Made by a program: the position numbers and the translations under genes. From Candidatus Woesearchaeota archaeon (GTDB lineage Archaea; Nanobdellota; Nanobdellia; Woesearchaeales; UBA583), in contig JAQICV010000049.1 in the NCBI GenBank assembly GCA_027858315.1, positions 4,928-68,927 on the forward strand: DNA of 64,000 nucleotides, read 5' to 3'. Position 1 is the first letter of the stretch. Each line of letters starts with the position of its first letter. Of this stretch, positions 36,880 through 46,619 are shown piece after piece. Under the pieces are notes generated by a model. The model was not told where the DNA came from and did not search any database. It saw nothing but the letters and a program-made list of their open reading frames with translations.

Positions 36880-38271
36880 TCAATCCTCATCATCAATTTC
36901 AAATAATTTCTCAGCAACGATTTTCGCATCAAACTTTACCAAATCATCATAACCCTGTCCTATTCCCAAATAATAAATTGGTTTATCTATAGAATAAGCA
37001 GCTGTGACAATAGACCCTGGTCTCTCATCAGTATCAGTCTTTGTTAAAATCATCCCATCAATTCCAACAATCTTATCAAAAAGTTCAATTTGATCAATCA
37101 AATCATTCCCCGAAACACTATCTCCAACAAAAACGCTAAGTTGCGCAGAACTCACTCTCTTAATTTTTTCAAGTTCAAGCATCAAATTAGAATTATTTGG
37201 CATTCTTCCAGCAGTATCAATTAAAACAACATTTAATTTTTTAGCATTAGCATGTTCAATAGCATCAAATGCAACTGCTGCAGGATCGCTACCTCCTTTA
37301 TGTTGGACCAATTTAAAATTTAATCTCTTAGCATGTTCTCCTAATTGTTCAATTGCAGCAGCCCTAAAAGTATCCGCAGCAGCAACAACAACACTCAAAT
37401 CATTCTTTTGAAATAAATTAACAATCTTTGCAATACTTGTAGTTTTTCCAGTACCATTAACTCCCAAAACTAAAATTTTAGCAATCTCACCATTCCTATT
37501 AAGTTTCTTAATTTGACTCAAAAAATCACCTTCTCTTGAAATCAAGACTTTCTCAACTTCATCAATTAAAACCTCTCTAATAACTTTAGAAAGCTTAAAT
37601 CTATCATAAGAATTATCAATTAAAGTCTTCTTTAATCTAGTCTCAATACTTTGAACAATTTCATATGCAATATTAATCTCAAGTAAAAACATCTCCAATT
37701 CAGTCCATATTTTTAAAAAATCATCACCAGTAACTTTCTTAGCTTTTAATTTCTTAAAAGTTTTCGAAAATACACCTTCTGAAACTTTAGGTTCAACAAT
37801 TTCTTCATCTTTTTCTTCCTCGACAGCTTTCACAAGTTCTTTTTTTTCTACTTGCTCTTCTTTTTCAATTGCCTTATCAAGTTCTTTTTTATTTTTTGAA
37901 GTACCTTCTAATTCAGTTTTTTCTTTAATCGCTTTCTTTTCTTCTTCTGGAGCTCCTTCAAGCATCTCATCTTGAAGTTCTTCTAACTCCTCTTCATCTT
38001 TTTCTTCCTTAGACTTACCAAAAACTTTTGAAAAAAAACCTTTTGAAGCTTTAGTTTCTTCTTCTTTCTCACACGGAGTTTCTTCTAAAACTTCTTCAAT
38101 TATTTTTTCTTCAACTTCAAGTTCTTCCTTTTTCTTCTCTTTCTTAGGTTTTTCTTTCTTCTTTATTATTACTTCTTCTTCAACAACCGTTTCTTCACCT
38201 TCACTCTCATCAATAATCTCTTCATGAGTTTCAAAAATACTCTTCAACTTACCTTTAATCTTATTAAACAT
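36880..38271 (-). CDS. ftsY: signal recognition particle receptor FtsY
   Basis: 463 aa. Long E/K-rich A-domain, then an NG domain with LGVNGTGKTTSIAKI, IDTAGRM and LTKTDTD. Confidence 0.9.
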   Translation of the reverse strand: MFNKIKGKLKSIFETHEEIIDESEGEETVVEEEVIIKKKEKPKKEKKKEELEVEEKIIEEVLEETPCEKEEETKASKGFFSKVFGKSKEEKDEEELEELQDEMLEGAPEEEKKAIKEKTELEGTSKNKKELDKAIEKEEQVEKKELVKAVEEEKDEEIVEPKVSEGVFSKTFKKLKAKKVTGDDFLKIWTELEMFLLEINIAYEIVQSIETRLKKTLIDNSYDRFKLSKVIREVLIDEVEKVLISREGDFLSQIKKLNRNGEIAKILVLGVNGTGKTTSIAKIVNLFQKNDLSVVVAAADTFRAAAIEQLGEHAKRLNFKLVQHKGGSDPAAVAFDAIEHANAKKLNVVLIDTAGRMPNNSNLMLELEKIKRVSSAQLSVFVGDSVSGNDLIDQIELFDKIVGIDGMILTKTDTDERPGSIVTAAYSIDKPIYYLGIGQGYDDLVKFDAKIVAEKLFEIDDED

Positions 38272-38395
38272 TTTTATATAAAAAAAGTACCGAACAAATT
38301 TTTAAAAAAATTGTACTCGCATCTTAAAAAAATAAAAACTATATAATTTATATAATTTTGTTAAAAATATGTGAAAAAACAAATAAAATAAAAAA

Positions 38396-39181
38396 TTATC
38401 TGAATCCGAAACTTTTCAGAACAGATTTTAAAAATGTATTCTCTCTCTCAAGTTCATCAATTCTTCTTCTATATTGACCTGAATGAACTCTTTTTGCCAA
38501 ATGGTGATATTGTTGCGCAGTCTTTGAATTAGGTTTCACATGAACCAGTGGCTTCTTTTTATATAAGGCCATTCTCATATTTTTATCATCTTCAATAACT
38601 GTTGTAATTGGAGTCTCAAGTAAACCCTCAATTGCTCTAAATCCTAAATCAAAATTATCCTTCCTAACTTTATTTAAAACAATCCCCTTAACAGGAATTC
38701 CAATTTCTTTTGCAAGAGTTACAATCTTAAAAGCATCAGTTACTGCAGGCAATTCAGGATTAGTCACAATAATAATCTCATCTGCATTTTTCAAAACAGA
38801 AAGTGACTCATTTCCAAGTCCTGCTGCACTATCAACGATAACATATTCAGACATCTCTTTTAAATCATCAAAAATCTTCTTTAGCTTTCTAGAATTAACT
38901 TCAGAAAAACTTCTAATATTCAAACTACCTGGAACTAATTTAAATCCTAAAGGATGTAAATAAACTGCATCAGTAAGTCCTGCCTCTCCTTTTAAAACAT
39001 CATTTAAAGTGATCGGGAATTTAGTTAAACCTAAATGAAGACCAATATTTGGGGTAGTTAAATTACCATCCACCAAAATAACATTTTTTCCGTGTTTTGC
39101 TAAAGCCGAAGCTAAATTAACACTAGTTGTTGTTTTTCCTACTCCTCCTTTACCCGAAGAAATTACAATAAGTTTACCCAT
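38396..39181 (-). CDS. minD: MinD/ParA-family P-loop ATPase
   Basis: 261 aa. Deviant Walker A SGKGGVGKTTTSVNLA. Confidence 0.85.
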   Translation of the reverse strand: MGKLIVISSGKGGVGKTTTSVNLASALAKHGKNVILVDGNLTTPNIGLHLGLTKFPITLNDVLKGEAGLTDAVYLHPLGFKLVPGSLNIRSFSEVNSRKLKKIFDDLKEMSEYVIVDSAAGLGNESLSVLKNADEIIIVTNPELPAVTDAFKIVTLAKEIGIPVKGIVLNKVRKDNFDLGFRAIEGLLETPITTVIEDDKNMRMALYKKKPLVHVKPNSKTAQQYHHLAKRVHSGQYRRRIDELERENTFLKSVLKSFGFR

Positions 39182-39241
39182 ATTCTATTTACTATATTAT
39201 TTATTTTATATAAAATTATAACTACAAAATAGTTAAAATAA

Positions 39242-39697
39242 TTATAAAGCGAACTCATCAACATTTGAAAGTCCTGCTACAACTTGTTTTAAATTTGCAT
39301 AAAAATCTAAAAGTTTTGCCATATTAATTACATATTCTTCACCATCAACATATGAAACCATACATAAATTCTTCCTATATTCTCCAATACCTTCAAAATC
39401 AGAAAGAAGTAATCTCTTAAGTAAAAAATAATCGGATAAATCCAAACTATTTCCCTTACTCAAAAAACCATCCTTTAAAATTTGAATTCTATCATGTACT
39501 GTATGCTCAAAATCGCCACCTTCAGAAAACATTTGATAAGCTACTCCAAAAAATTGTTCATAACCATAAACAACTGTTTCCATAACTTTTCTTAACATCT
39601 CTGTAGTTCTAGTGAATTTACATGATACATAAATCATGTGCTCAATTGAGTTCAAGTGTCTTTTTAAATCCCTATAATTTCCAACTATTTGTTCCAT
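39242..39697 (-). CDS. hypothetical protein
   Basis: 151-aa ORF beginning 3 nt downstream of nac. No recognised motifs. Confidence 0.4.
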   Translation of the reverse strand: MEQIVGNYRDLKRHLNSIEHMIYVSCKFTRTTEMLRKVMETVVYGYEQFFGVAYQMFSEGGDFEHTVHDRIQILKDGFLSKGNSLDLSDYFLLKRLLLSDFEGIGEYRKNLCMVSYVDGEEYVINMAKLLDFYANLKQVVAGLSNVDEFAL

Positions 39698-39699
39698 CC

Positions 39700-40038
39700 T
39701 TATTCGCTTAATTTAACAATTGCCTCAGCAATATCTCCTTCCACTTGCTTCAAAGTCTCCTTTGCAACATCCAAGCTAACACTTGCTTGTTCACTAACCA
39801 TTTTAATATCTTCCTCAGAAATTACAATTTCAGCTTTAGTCTCATCCTCAGAATAAGCTCCAGCAATTTGAAATGTAGTCTGACCCTTCATAATAACTTT
39901 TTGAACACTTGGATTCTTAAAAACTAAAACTTTATCAGTAGTCTTAATAATTACTTCAACAGTATCCAAATCTACTTGAGACATACCCATCTGTCTCATC
40001 ATACTCTTCAACTGCCTTGGATCAACTCCAGGAATCAT
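39700..40038 (-). CDS. nac: nascent polypeptide-associated complex protein (NAC alpha, with UBA domain)
   Basis: 112 aa. NAC domain VEVIIKTTDKVLVFKNPSVQKVIMKGQTTFQIAG and C-terminal UBA-like EEDIKMVSEQASVSLDVAKETLKQVEGDIAEAIVKL. Confidence 0.85.
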   Translation of the reverse strand: MIPGVDPRQLKSMMRQMGMSQVDLDTVEVIIKTTDKVLVFKNPSVQKVIMKGQTTFQIAGAYSEDETKAEIVISEEDIKMVSEQASVSLDVAKETLKQVEGDIAEAIVKLSE

Positions 40039-40099
40039 TTTTGGTTACCTCGAACATACAATTGCCTAAATTTATTATCTAATATTAATTCAACCATCT

Positions 40100-40258
40100 T
40101 TAAGTATTAAATAAAACCCACACAAAAATCACAACTGCAATAGAAAAATAAACTACAAACTTTGGCCCAAAATCAAATTTGGTCTTATAAGAACTTGCAA
40201 CTCCTCCAATCAAACCACCTTGACCGGAAGGAAGGGAAACTGAATTACTTTTCGCCAT
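40100..40258 (-). CDS. secG: preprotein translocase subunit Sec61-beta (archaeal SecG)
   Basis: 52 aa from the internal Met. MAKSNSVSLPSGQGGLIGG followed by a single C-terminal TM. Confidence 0.6.
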   Translation of the reverse strand: MAKSNSVSLPSGQGGLIGGVASSYKTKFDFGPKFVVYFSIAVVIFVWVLFNT

Positions 40259-40481
40259 TATATTAAGTAATACTTCATTATATATAAACATTTCGAGAAA
40301 AAACTACTTGAAAGACCTGCAAACATAGATTAATTTATAAATTTACACTTCTTTTAAAAATTATATATGGAAAAAATATTTTTTTTAAGAAAAATTTTTT
40401 GTGACAAAATTTTGAAAAACTTTTTCTCAAACAACTTAGAAATTTATAATTTCTTAAAATTGACTAAGGTGATTTTTGAGC

Positions 40482-41357
40482 ATGGAAATTAGACTATCAT
40501 TAAATAAAAGTGTGAATGATAATGCAAACCTTTATTTTGAAAAATCAAAAAAACTAAAATCTAAACTTCCAGGAGTAGATGAAACTATTGAAAAAACGCA
40601 AAAAGAAATAGATGAATTTGAAGAAAAAAAAGAAACTTATATTCTAAAAAAACAAACACAAGAAAAAATTCAAACACATAAGAAAAAAGAATGGTATGAA
40701 AAATTCAGGTATACAAAAACAACTTCAGGATTTTTATGTGTATTAGGAAAAGACTCAGGAACAAACGAAATTCTAATAAAAAAGCACTTAGAAAAAGATG
40801 ATATTGTAATTCACACTCAAGCTTCAGGAAGTCCATTTTGTATAATCAAAAATGCGAAAGATTCTTCAAAAAATAACAAAGTTAATGATGAAACCGAAAT
40901 TTATAATTCTTTAAAAATTCCAAAAGAAGAAATAGAAGAAGCAGCTCAAATAACTTGTTGTTTTTCTTCACAATGGAAAAAAGGATTTGGAACTGCAGAT
41001 GCATTTTGGGTCTATCCTGAACAAGTATCTAAAAAAGCTGTAAGTGGTGAATATATGACAAAAGGAGCATTTATGATCTATGGTCAAAAAAATATTATAA
41101 AAAATATTCAATTAAGAATCTGTCTAGGAGTAATTAAAAATACAATTAAAACTGAAGATGATGAAACAATAGAATATGAAGAACTATTTTCAGGATCAGA
41201 AAAAACATGCAAAAAAATATGTAACAGATTTATAAAATTAGAACCTGGAAATCAAACTCTCAAATCACTAAACAAAGAAATAAAAAAACAACTAAAAACT
41301 CACATAGAAGATCTACCTAAATACATTCCAAACAATTGTAAAATATTAAAAAAATAG
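40482..41357 (+). CDS. NFACT-R/DUF814-domain protein (Rqc2/FbpA-related, truncated form)
   Basis: About 291 aa. DIVIHTQASGSPFCIIKN and WVYPEQVSK are typical of DUF814. The Shine-Dalgarno-like AAGGTGA lies 9 nt upstream of the ATG. Confidence 0.6.
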   Translation: MEIRLSLNKSVNDNANLYFEKSKKLKSKLPGVDETIEKTQKEIDEFEEKKETYILKKQTQEKIQTHKKKEWYEKFRYTKTTSGFLCVLGKDSGTNEILIKKHLEKDDIVIHTQASGSPFCIIKNAKDSSKNNKVNDETEIYNSLKIPKEEIEEAAQITCCFSSQWKKGFGTADAFWVYPEQVSKKAVSGEYMTKGAFMIYGQKNIIKNIQLRICLGVIKNTIKTEDDETIEYEELFSGSEKTCKKICNRFIKLEPGNQTLKSLNKEIKKQLKTHIEDLPKYIPNNCKILKK

Positions 41358-41367
41358 AAAAATATAT

Positions 41368-42111
41368 TCAATAAATAATTTTTGGAACTTCTAACTTAGT
41401 AGAACCAAATGAAAAAATCTCAACTCCTGAAACAGATATCTCTTCAAGAATCAAATCCATATTTCTAATTTGTGCTGTAGTAATTTGACCTCTCTCATTC
41501 CTATTATCATATCCATACCTCTCCTTACCCAAAGGATTAAAAAATTCACAACCAAAAAGATTAATTCTTGATGCCCCAAACTTATAAGCAAGTTGAGTTC
41601 CAACACCAGTAATAGTAGATTTGCCACATAAAGGACCATCGTGTCTATTTATAGCACCAATATTCAAATCACAAACTCTAAATGAAATCCCATTAATATC
41701 CAAATTATCAATATCAGGATTAAAATAAATAATCTCACTTTCTTTAAAATGAGAATCTTTAAATAAATTCAATTTTGAAGCTAAATCTTTTCTACTTCCT
41801 TCATCTTTCAATACCCTTAAATCAAAAGGTAACATATAAGTAGGTATTACTCTTTTAACTTTTTCCCCATTTTTATTCACAAATAAATCTGACTTATAAA
41901 ACCAATCTCTTAAAGAAGACCTAGAATCATAATATACAAAATAATCTACGAAATTTTTTTTGGGATCTAAGCATTTTACTGCTCCATTACAAGCAATAAC
42001 AACATCACACTCCGAATTAATTCTGTCAACATAAGAAGTTATAGAAGGAGCTGAACCAATAACCCCTACACTAGCCCCTTCATGTTTACCAATCAAATCA
42101 GAAAATCTCAT
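41368..42111 (-). CDS. DUF115 / MptE-like family protein
   Basis: 247 aa. VGVIGSAPSITSY...CDVVIACNGA and TITGVGTQLAYKFGASRINLFGCEF resemble the MptE/MAF_flag10 pattern. Confidence 0.5.
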   Translation of the reverse strand: MRFSDLIGKHEGASVGVIGSAPSITSYVDRINSECDVVIACNGAVKCLDPKKNFVDYFVYYDSRSSLRDWFYKSDLFVNKNGEKVKRVIPTYMLPFDLRVLKDEGSRKDLASKLNLFKDSHFKESEIIYFNPDIDNLDINGISFRVCDLNIGAINRHDGPLCGKSTITGVGTQLAYKFGASRINLFGCEFFNPLGKERYGYDNRNERGQITTAQIRNMDLILEEISVSGVEIFSFGSTKLEVPKIIY

Positions 42112-42204
42112 AAAAAGGAAGTTATATCTAAACTTATAAATTTATCTCTAAAAAGTGACAAAAATGAAGAAAATTTTTTAAATCCACAAATATAAGAAAA
42201 ATAT

Positions 42205-42639
42205 ATGAAAAGAAGATATACTACAGGAATAGTTATTACAAACTCAAAAAAAGAGTATTTACTTCACTTAAGAGATAATATTCCTGGAATTTGGTCTCCT
42301 GGACAATGGTCAATATTTTCTGGAGGTTATGAAACTGAAGATGGACCAACAAACAAAATTGAAACATTTGTAAAAACTGCACAAAGAGAAATCAAAGAAG
42401 AAATTGGATTAGAATTAATCTTGAAGATATTTCACCATGATTTAATTACTAGCAGAAATGTTTCCAGATATTTACTTCATGGAAATTATGATGGAGAAAT
42501 TTCTAAAATAGAATTAAAAGAAGGTCAAAAAATTCAATTTTTTCCTTACAATAAATTACCTATTGAAAACATACCTTCAAGTATTTTAAAAATAATAATA
42601 ATGCACAATAATAATTATAATAATGAAATTAAAAAATAA
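42205..42639 (+). CDS. NUDIX hydrolase
   Basis: 144 aa. Nudix-box-like SGGYETEDGP...TAQREIKEEIGL. Confidence 0.65.
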   Translation: MKRRYTTGIVITNSKKEYLLHLRDNIPGIWSPGQWSIFSGGYETEDGPTNKIETFVKTAQREIKEEIGLELILKIFHHDLITSRNVSRYLLHGNYDGEISKIELKEGQKIQFFPYNKLPIENIPSSILKIIIMHNNNYNNEIKK

Positions 42640-42644
42640 TAAAT

Positions 42645-42878
42645 CTAACCTAATCTCTTTCCAAAAATTTCTTTATACTCATCTTGAGAAATCTCATAAA
42701 CAACTTTCTTACTACCATCAAGTATTTCTAACATAATAATTAAACCTTTAATTTTCTCCATAGAATATTTTGAAATGTGAATCCCACCATCATTTGTTCG
42801 AGATCCAATATTTAAATTACCTTCTTCTTCCTTTCTTAAAATCAGATTCTTAAAAACTCCTTTATTCTCACTCATCAT
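42645..42878 (-). CDS. hypothetical small protein, translationally coupled to gatD
   Basis: 77-aa ORF whose start overlaps the gatD 3' end by 11 nt. Confidence 0.35.
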   Translation of the reverse strand: MMSENKGVFKNLILRKEEEGNLNIGSRTNDGGIHISKYSMEKIKGLIIMLEILDGSKKVVYEISQDEYKEIFGKRLG

Positions 42879-44151
42879 CTATCTCCAAACTTCTAACATC
42901 AAAACCTTCTAAATTTTCATTCCAAGAATCTTTAAAAGATTTATCTTTTTGTGATAAACAATATGCAGCTCTCAAAAATAAACTCTCAGTAGTCAAATTC
43001 ATATGATTTCCTAAAACTCCTGATTCTTTAATATATCTTCCAGAACTATAAACATTCAAATTAGTCTCACCGTAAACAGTCTGAACTCCAACAATTACAT
43101 TTATTTTCTTACATAAATTCTTCAAAGATTCTAGATTTTTTTTATGAATTAAAGTTTCTTTATCAACTTCATTAACAGCCAAATGACCAAGTCCAGTCCC
43201 TTCAATAATCACAGCATCATAAATTGACAAAGCTTCAATTTCCTCAGGAAATAAATTTGGATGCGCTTTAAAAAAACCAATTTTCAAATTAGTATTATAT
43301 TCTACATAGCTAAAATTTTCCTTAGTCTTTAAAACAAACAAATCCTTCCTTATAATTTCTATTTTTTTAGATTTAATTCTTGCTACAGGCAAATAATTAA
43401 TCTGTTTAAATGCATCTCTTCGAGTTGAATGCATTTTCTTAACATTAATACCATCTAAAATTAAATAAGAATCATCTGAAATCTTCTCATGCATACAAAC
43501 ACCAACTCGTTGATATTTTAAATCTAATTTGGAATTCTCTAAAATAAAATCCACTGCTGCATTCAAATTAGTATAAGCATCACTACTTGGCCTATCACTA
43601 CTTCTCTGAGCTCCAACTAAAATCACTGGAATTGACAAATTTTTCAAAGAATACTGTAAAGCAGCTGAAGAATAATGTAGAGTATCAGTCCCATGAGAAA
43701 TAATAACTCCCTCAGATTTATTCTCAATTGCTAACTTAATCTCTTTAAGAATTAAATTATAATGCGCAAATCTCATATCTTCAGAAAATAAATTACCAAT
43801 CATTTTTGCATCAATTTGAGCAACAGAATTTAATTCTGGAAAAATACCTAAAAGCTCATCTACAGTAAATTTAGAACTTACAGCACCCGTAACATAATCA
43901 ACTTTTGAAGCAATAGTCCCGCCAGTATGCAAAATAGTTACCTTAGGTAAAACTTTTTTTGAGTCTAATTTCTCTTTTTTAGAAACCTCTTTCTTCTCAA
44001 TTTTATTTTTAGACAAAATTTCAACTTCTTTTTTCTTCAAATTAGCATTATAGCCAGAAGAAAGTTTTAAAACTATAAACTCCTTATCCTCATTAATCAA
44101 AATCCCTTTTAAAATTTTATTTTGAAATTTAACTTCAACTTCATAATCCAT
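42868..44151 (-). CDS. gatD: glutamyl-tRNA(Gln) amidotransferase subunit D
   Basis: 427 aa. N-terminal AD1-like domain plus an asparaginase fold with ILHTGGTIAS and ISHGTDTLHYSSAAL. Confidence 0.85.
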   Translation of the reverse strand: MDYEVEVKFQNKILKGILINEDKEFIVLKLSSGYNANLKKKEVEILSKNKIEKKEVSKKEKLDSKKVLPKVTILHTGGTIASKVDYVTGAVSSKFTVDELLGIFPELNSVAQIDAKMIGNLFSEDMRFAHYNLILKEIKLAIENKSEGVIISHGTDTLHYSSAALQYSLKNLSIPVILVGAQRSSDRPSSDAYTNLNAAVDFILENSKLDLKYQRVGVCMHEKISDDSYLILDGINVKKMHSTRRDAFKQINYLPVARIKSKKIEIIRKDLFVLKTKENFSYVEYNTNLKIGFFKAHPNLFPEEIEALSIYDAVIIEGTGLGHLAVNEVDKETLIHKKNLESLKNLCKKINVIVGVQTVYGETNLNVYSSGRYIKESGVLGNHMNLTTESLFLRAAYCLSQKDKSFKDSWNENLEGFDVRSLEIDDE

Positions 44152-44190
44152 AAATAAAACATAATAAATATAATTTATATAGTTTATGTA

Positions 44191-44667
44191 TTACTTTTGA
44201 AAAAATATTTTCGAACAAATTTCAAATTTAGGTTTAATCATAGAGTTTATATTTATTTTATGTCCTGAAGAAGTCTTATCTTCTAAACTTAATTCAGTTT
44301 CATAAAAATGACTTTTAAATGATTGAGAAGAAGTACCATTGATGACTCCCACCTCAGATTCAGACAATCTCAATACTAATCCTTTATCTAAATTTATACA
44401 ATTATTAAATAATTCTGTAAAATTTTTTCCAAGCTTAATTAAAGAACCATAAGAATTAGATAATTGCATTGAATTAGAAAAACCAGGAAAAATACTCAAA
44501 TCTTCATCTAAAAAAATTCTTTTATATTCAATATTTGAATTTATAACAACTTCTCCTGATGATTTAAAATATACTTTTTCTCCTATTTTCATAGAATCTA
44601 TGTTCTCAAACATAGAATATATTTCATCTGCATTCATCTCTTTAAATCCTATTTCATTTCCACCCAT
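44191..44667 (-). CDS. hypothetical protein
   Basis: 158-aa ORF between the 16S gene and gatD. No recognised motifs. Confidence 0.4.
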   Translation of the reverse strand: MGGNEIGFKEMNADEIYSMFENIDSMKIGEKVYFKSSGEVVINSNIEYKRIFLDEDLSIFPGFSNSMQLSNSYGSLIKLGKNFTELFNNCINLDKGLVLRLSESEVGVINGTSSQSFKSHFYETELSLEDKTSSGHKININSMIKPKFEICSKIFFQK

Positions 44668-44827
44668 ATAAATAACTAGGTATAGAAAATATATAAAACT
44701 TTACAAATTAAAATCAGGACATATCAAAAACAGGACTACTAAAATCTTGTAAATCATTAAATAATATGCATAGAAAAATTTCAAGTTTGATATAAATTTT
44801 AAGAATTTTAACGGGATTCTTTTCTTT

Positions 44828-44835
44828 AAAAAAAA
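44828..44835 (-). terminator. T8 run abutting the 16S rRNA 3' end
   Basis: The minus strand reads GGATCACCTCCTTTTTTTTAAAG. Confidence 0.45.
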
Positions 44836-46284
44836 GGAGGTGATCCATCCGCAGGTTCCCCTACGGATACCTTGTGACGACTTAACCCCCCTCACAGAGC
44901 TCAGATTTGATACACCCAAAAAGATGCACCTCATCTCAACCCTACTTGGTTGGTTTGACGGGCAGTGTGTCCAAGGAGAATGGACATATTCACCGGACGC
45001 TGATAACGTCCGATTACTAGCGATTCCAATGTCACGAGGCTGAGTTACAAACCTCGATCTAAACTAAGATTCAGTTTCGGGATTAGCTCCTCCTTTCGGA
45101 GTGGCGACTCATTGTCTGAACCATTGTTGCGCGCGTGTAGCCCAGGAGATTCGGGCTATACAGACCTACCGTCGCCTACACCTTCCTCCTTGTTTCCAAG
45201 GCAGTCTCTATAATGTGCTCCAGTTAACCTGGTTAGCAATTATAAACATAGGTCTTGCTCGTTTCCTCACTTAAGAGGACACCTTACAGCACGAGCTGAC
45301 GGCGGCCATGCAGCACCTCTCAGCGCCTTAGGTAAAACCTTTAATCTGACCTTCATAGTGCTGTCGCCCCTGGTAAGTTTCTCAGTGTACAGTCTAATTA
45401 AACCGCACGCCGCACCGCTTGTAGTACTCCCCCGGCAATTCCTTTAAGTTTCGGCCTTGCGGCTGTACTTCCCAGGTGGCGGGTTTAATGCCTTCGCTTC
45501 CCCCTTGCTAAATCTCATAGATTTAGCAAAGCGTAACCCGCAGCGTTTACGGCTAGGACTACCCGGGTATCTAATCCGGTTCGCTACCCTAGCTCTCGTC
45601 CCTCACTGTCAGATCCGTTCTAGTGTGATGCCTTCGCATTAGTTAGTCCTGTAAGGATTATAACATTTTACCGCTACCCAAACAATACTTCACACCTCTC
45701 CCGGTCTCAAGTTAAACAGTTTCTCTTGCAGTTTCTAGGTTAAGCCAAAGAAATTTCACAAGAGACTTATCAAACCAGCTACGGACACTTTAGACCCAAT
45801 AAAAGTGATCTCCACTTGTGGCGCTGGTATTACCGCGGCTGCTGGCACCAGTCTTGCCCACCACTTATTCGTTATGCTCATTACACATAATAAAAGCCTA
45901 CCTTTCGGTAAGCACGAGGGGTTGCCCTATCACACTTGCGTGCATTGTAGAGGTTTCGCGCCTGCTGCACTCCTTAGAGCTAGGACCCTTATCTCAGTGT
46001 CCTTCTGGGGGTCATTGCTCTCACAACCCCTACCGATCTTAGACTTGGTGAGCCATTACCTCACCAACAATCTAATCGGCCGCCACCCCATCTTATATTC
46101 ATTATCAAAACATTCCAGTTTTTGATAACTATAACTTTTACACTCAATTTCTCGAGATTATTAGAAACTATAAGGCAGGTTAGTGACGTGTTACTCAGCC
46201 TTCCGCAGTCAGAACAAGTCTAACATACTTACATGGCTTAATCCAACCCCTCTAGCAGAAATCTCTCGCAGGATCAACGAGAAT
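44834..46284 (-). rRNA. rrs: 16S ribosomal RNA (archaeal type), about 1450 nt
   Basis: 5' end ATTCTCGTTGATCCTGCGAG and 3' end GGGGAACCTGCGGATGGATCACCTCCTT. Internal universal blocks GTGCCAGCAGCCGCGGTAA (45830-45848) and ATTAGATACCCGGGTAGTCC. GC is far above the local background. Confidence 0.95.
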
Positions 46285-46390
46285 TCAATTTTTTAAATAA
46301 TTGCTACTAAAGTTTTGTACTACTGTCGTCGTTGTTCATAAGCTGTCATTCGACCTGCTTACACCCGTAAGTATAGATAACGCAAATGCC

Positions 46391-46398
46391 TTTATAAA
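46391..46398 (-). promoter_or_regulatory. proximal TATA core (CTTTATAAAG palindrome) upstream of the 16S rRNA
   Basis: Lies about 105 nt upstream of the mature 16S 5' end, implying a leader of about 80 nt. Confidence 0.45.
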
Positions 46399-46432
46399 GA
46401 TTTTGATGCGGAGCAATCTCAAGCACACAGTA

Positions 46433-46440
46433 TTTATAAA
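46433..46440 (-). promoter_or_regulatory. distal TATA core (CTTTTATAAATA) upstream of the 16S rRNA
   Basis: A second TATA-like element about 40 nt upstream of the proximal one, immediately after the stop of the Trm112-like ORF. Confidence 0.4.
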
Positions 46441-46445
46441 AGAAA

Positions 46446-46619
46446 TCAACTTCTGAGCTCTTCTTCCAATTCTTTAGAAATCAAAACTAAAATTCCTTCC
46501 TTTTCACGATACTCTAAATTACATTTAGAACAAAAAATAACTAACTCAGATTTGACCTTCAAATCCGAATTACAATTAGGACAACAAACTATATCCAACA
46601 AGCCTTTATCTAGTGTCAT
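46446..46619 (-). CDS. Trm112-like zinc-ribbon protein (not in the ORF track)
   Basis: Hand translation gives MTLDKGLLDIVCCPNCNSDLKVKSELVIFCSKCNLEYREKEGILVLISKELEEELRS (57 aa). The LLDIxxCPxC...CxxC...YxxxxGIxxL pattern is typical of Trm112/UPF0434. The start overlaps the upstream gene by 14 nt. Confidence 0.6.
   Translation of the reverse strand: MTLDKGLLDIVCCPNCNSDLKVKSELVIFCSKCNLEYREKEGILVLISKELEEELRS

Noticed and set aside
44701-46125. Five listed ORFs (44701-44934, 44840-45043, 45457-45642, 45805-46125 and 45818-46042)
   Set aside because: They lie entirely inside or across the 16S rRNA gene, on both strands. They are artefacts of GC-rich, stop-poor rRNA sequence.
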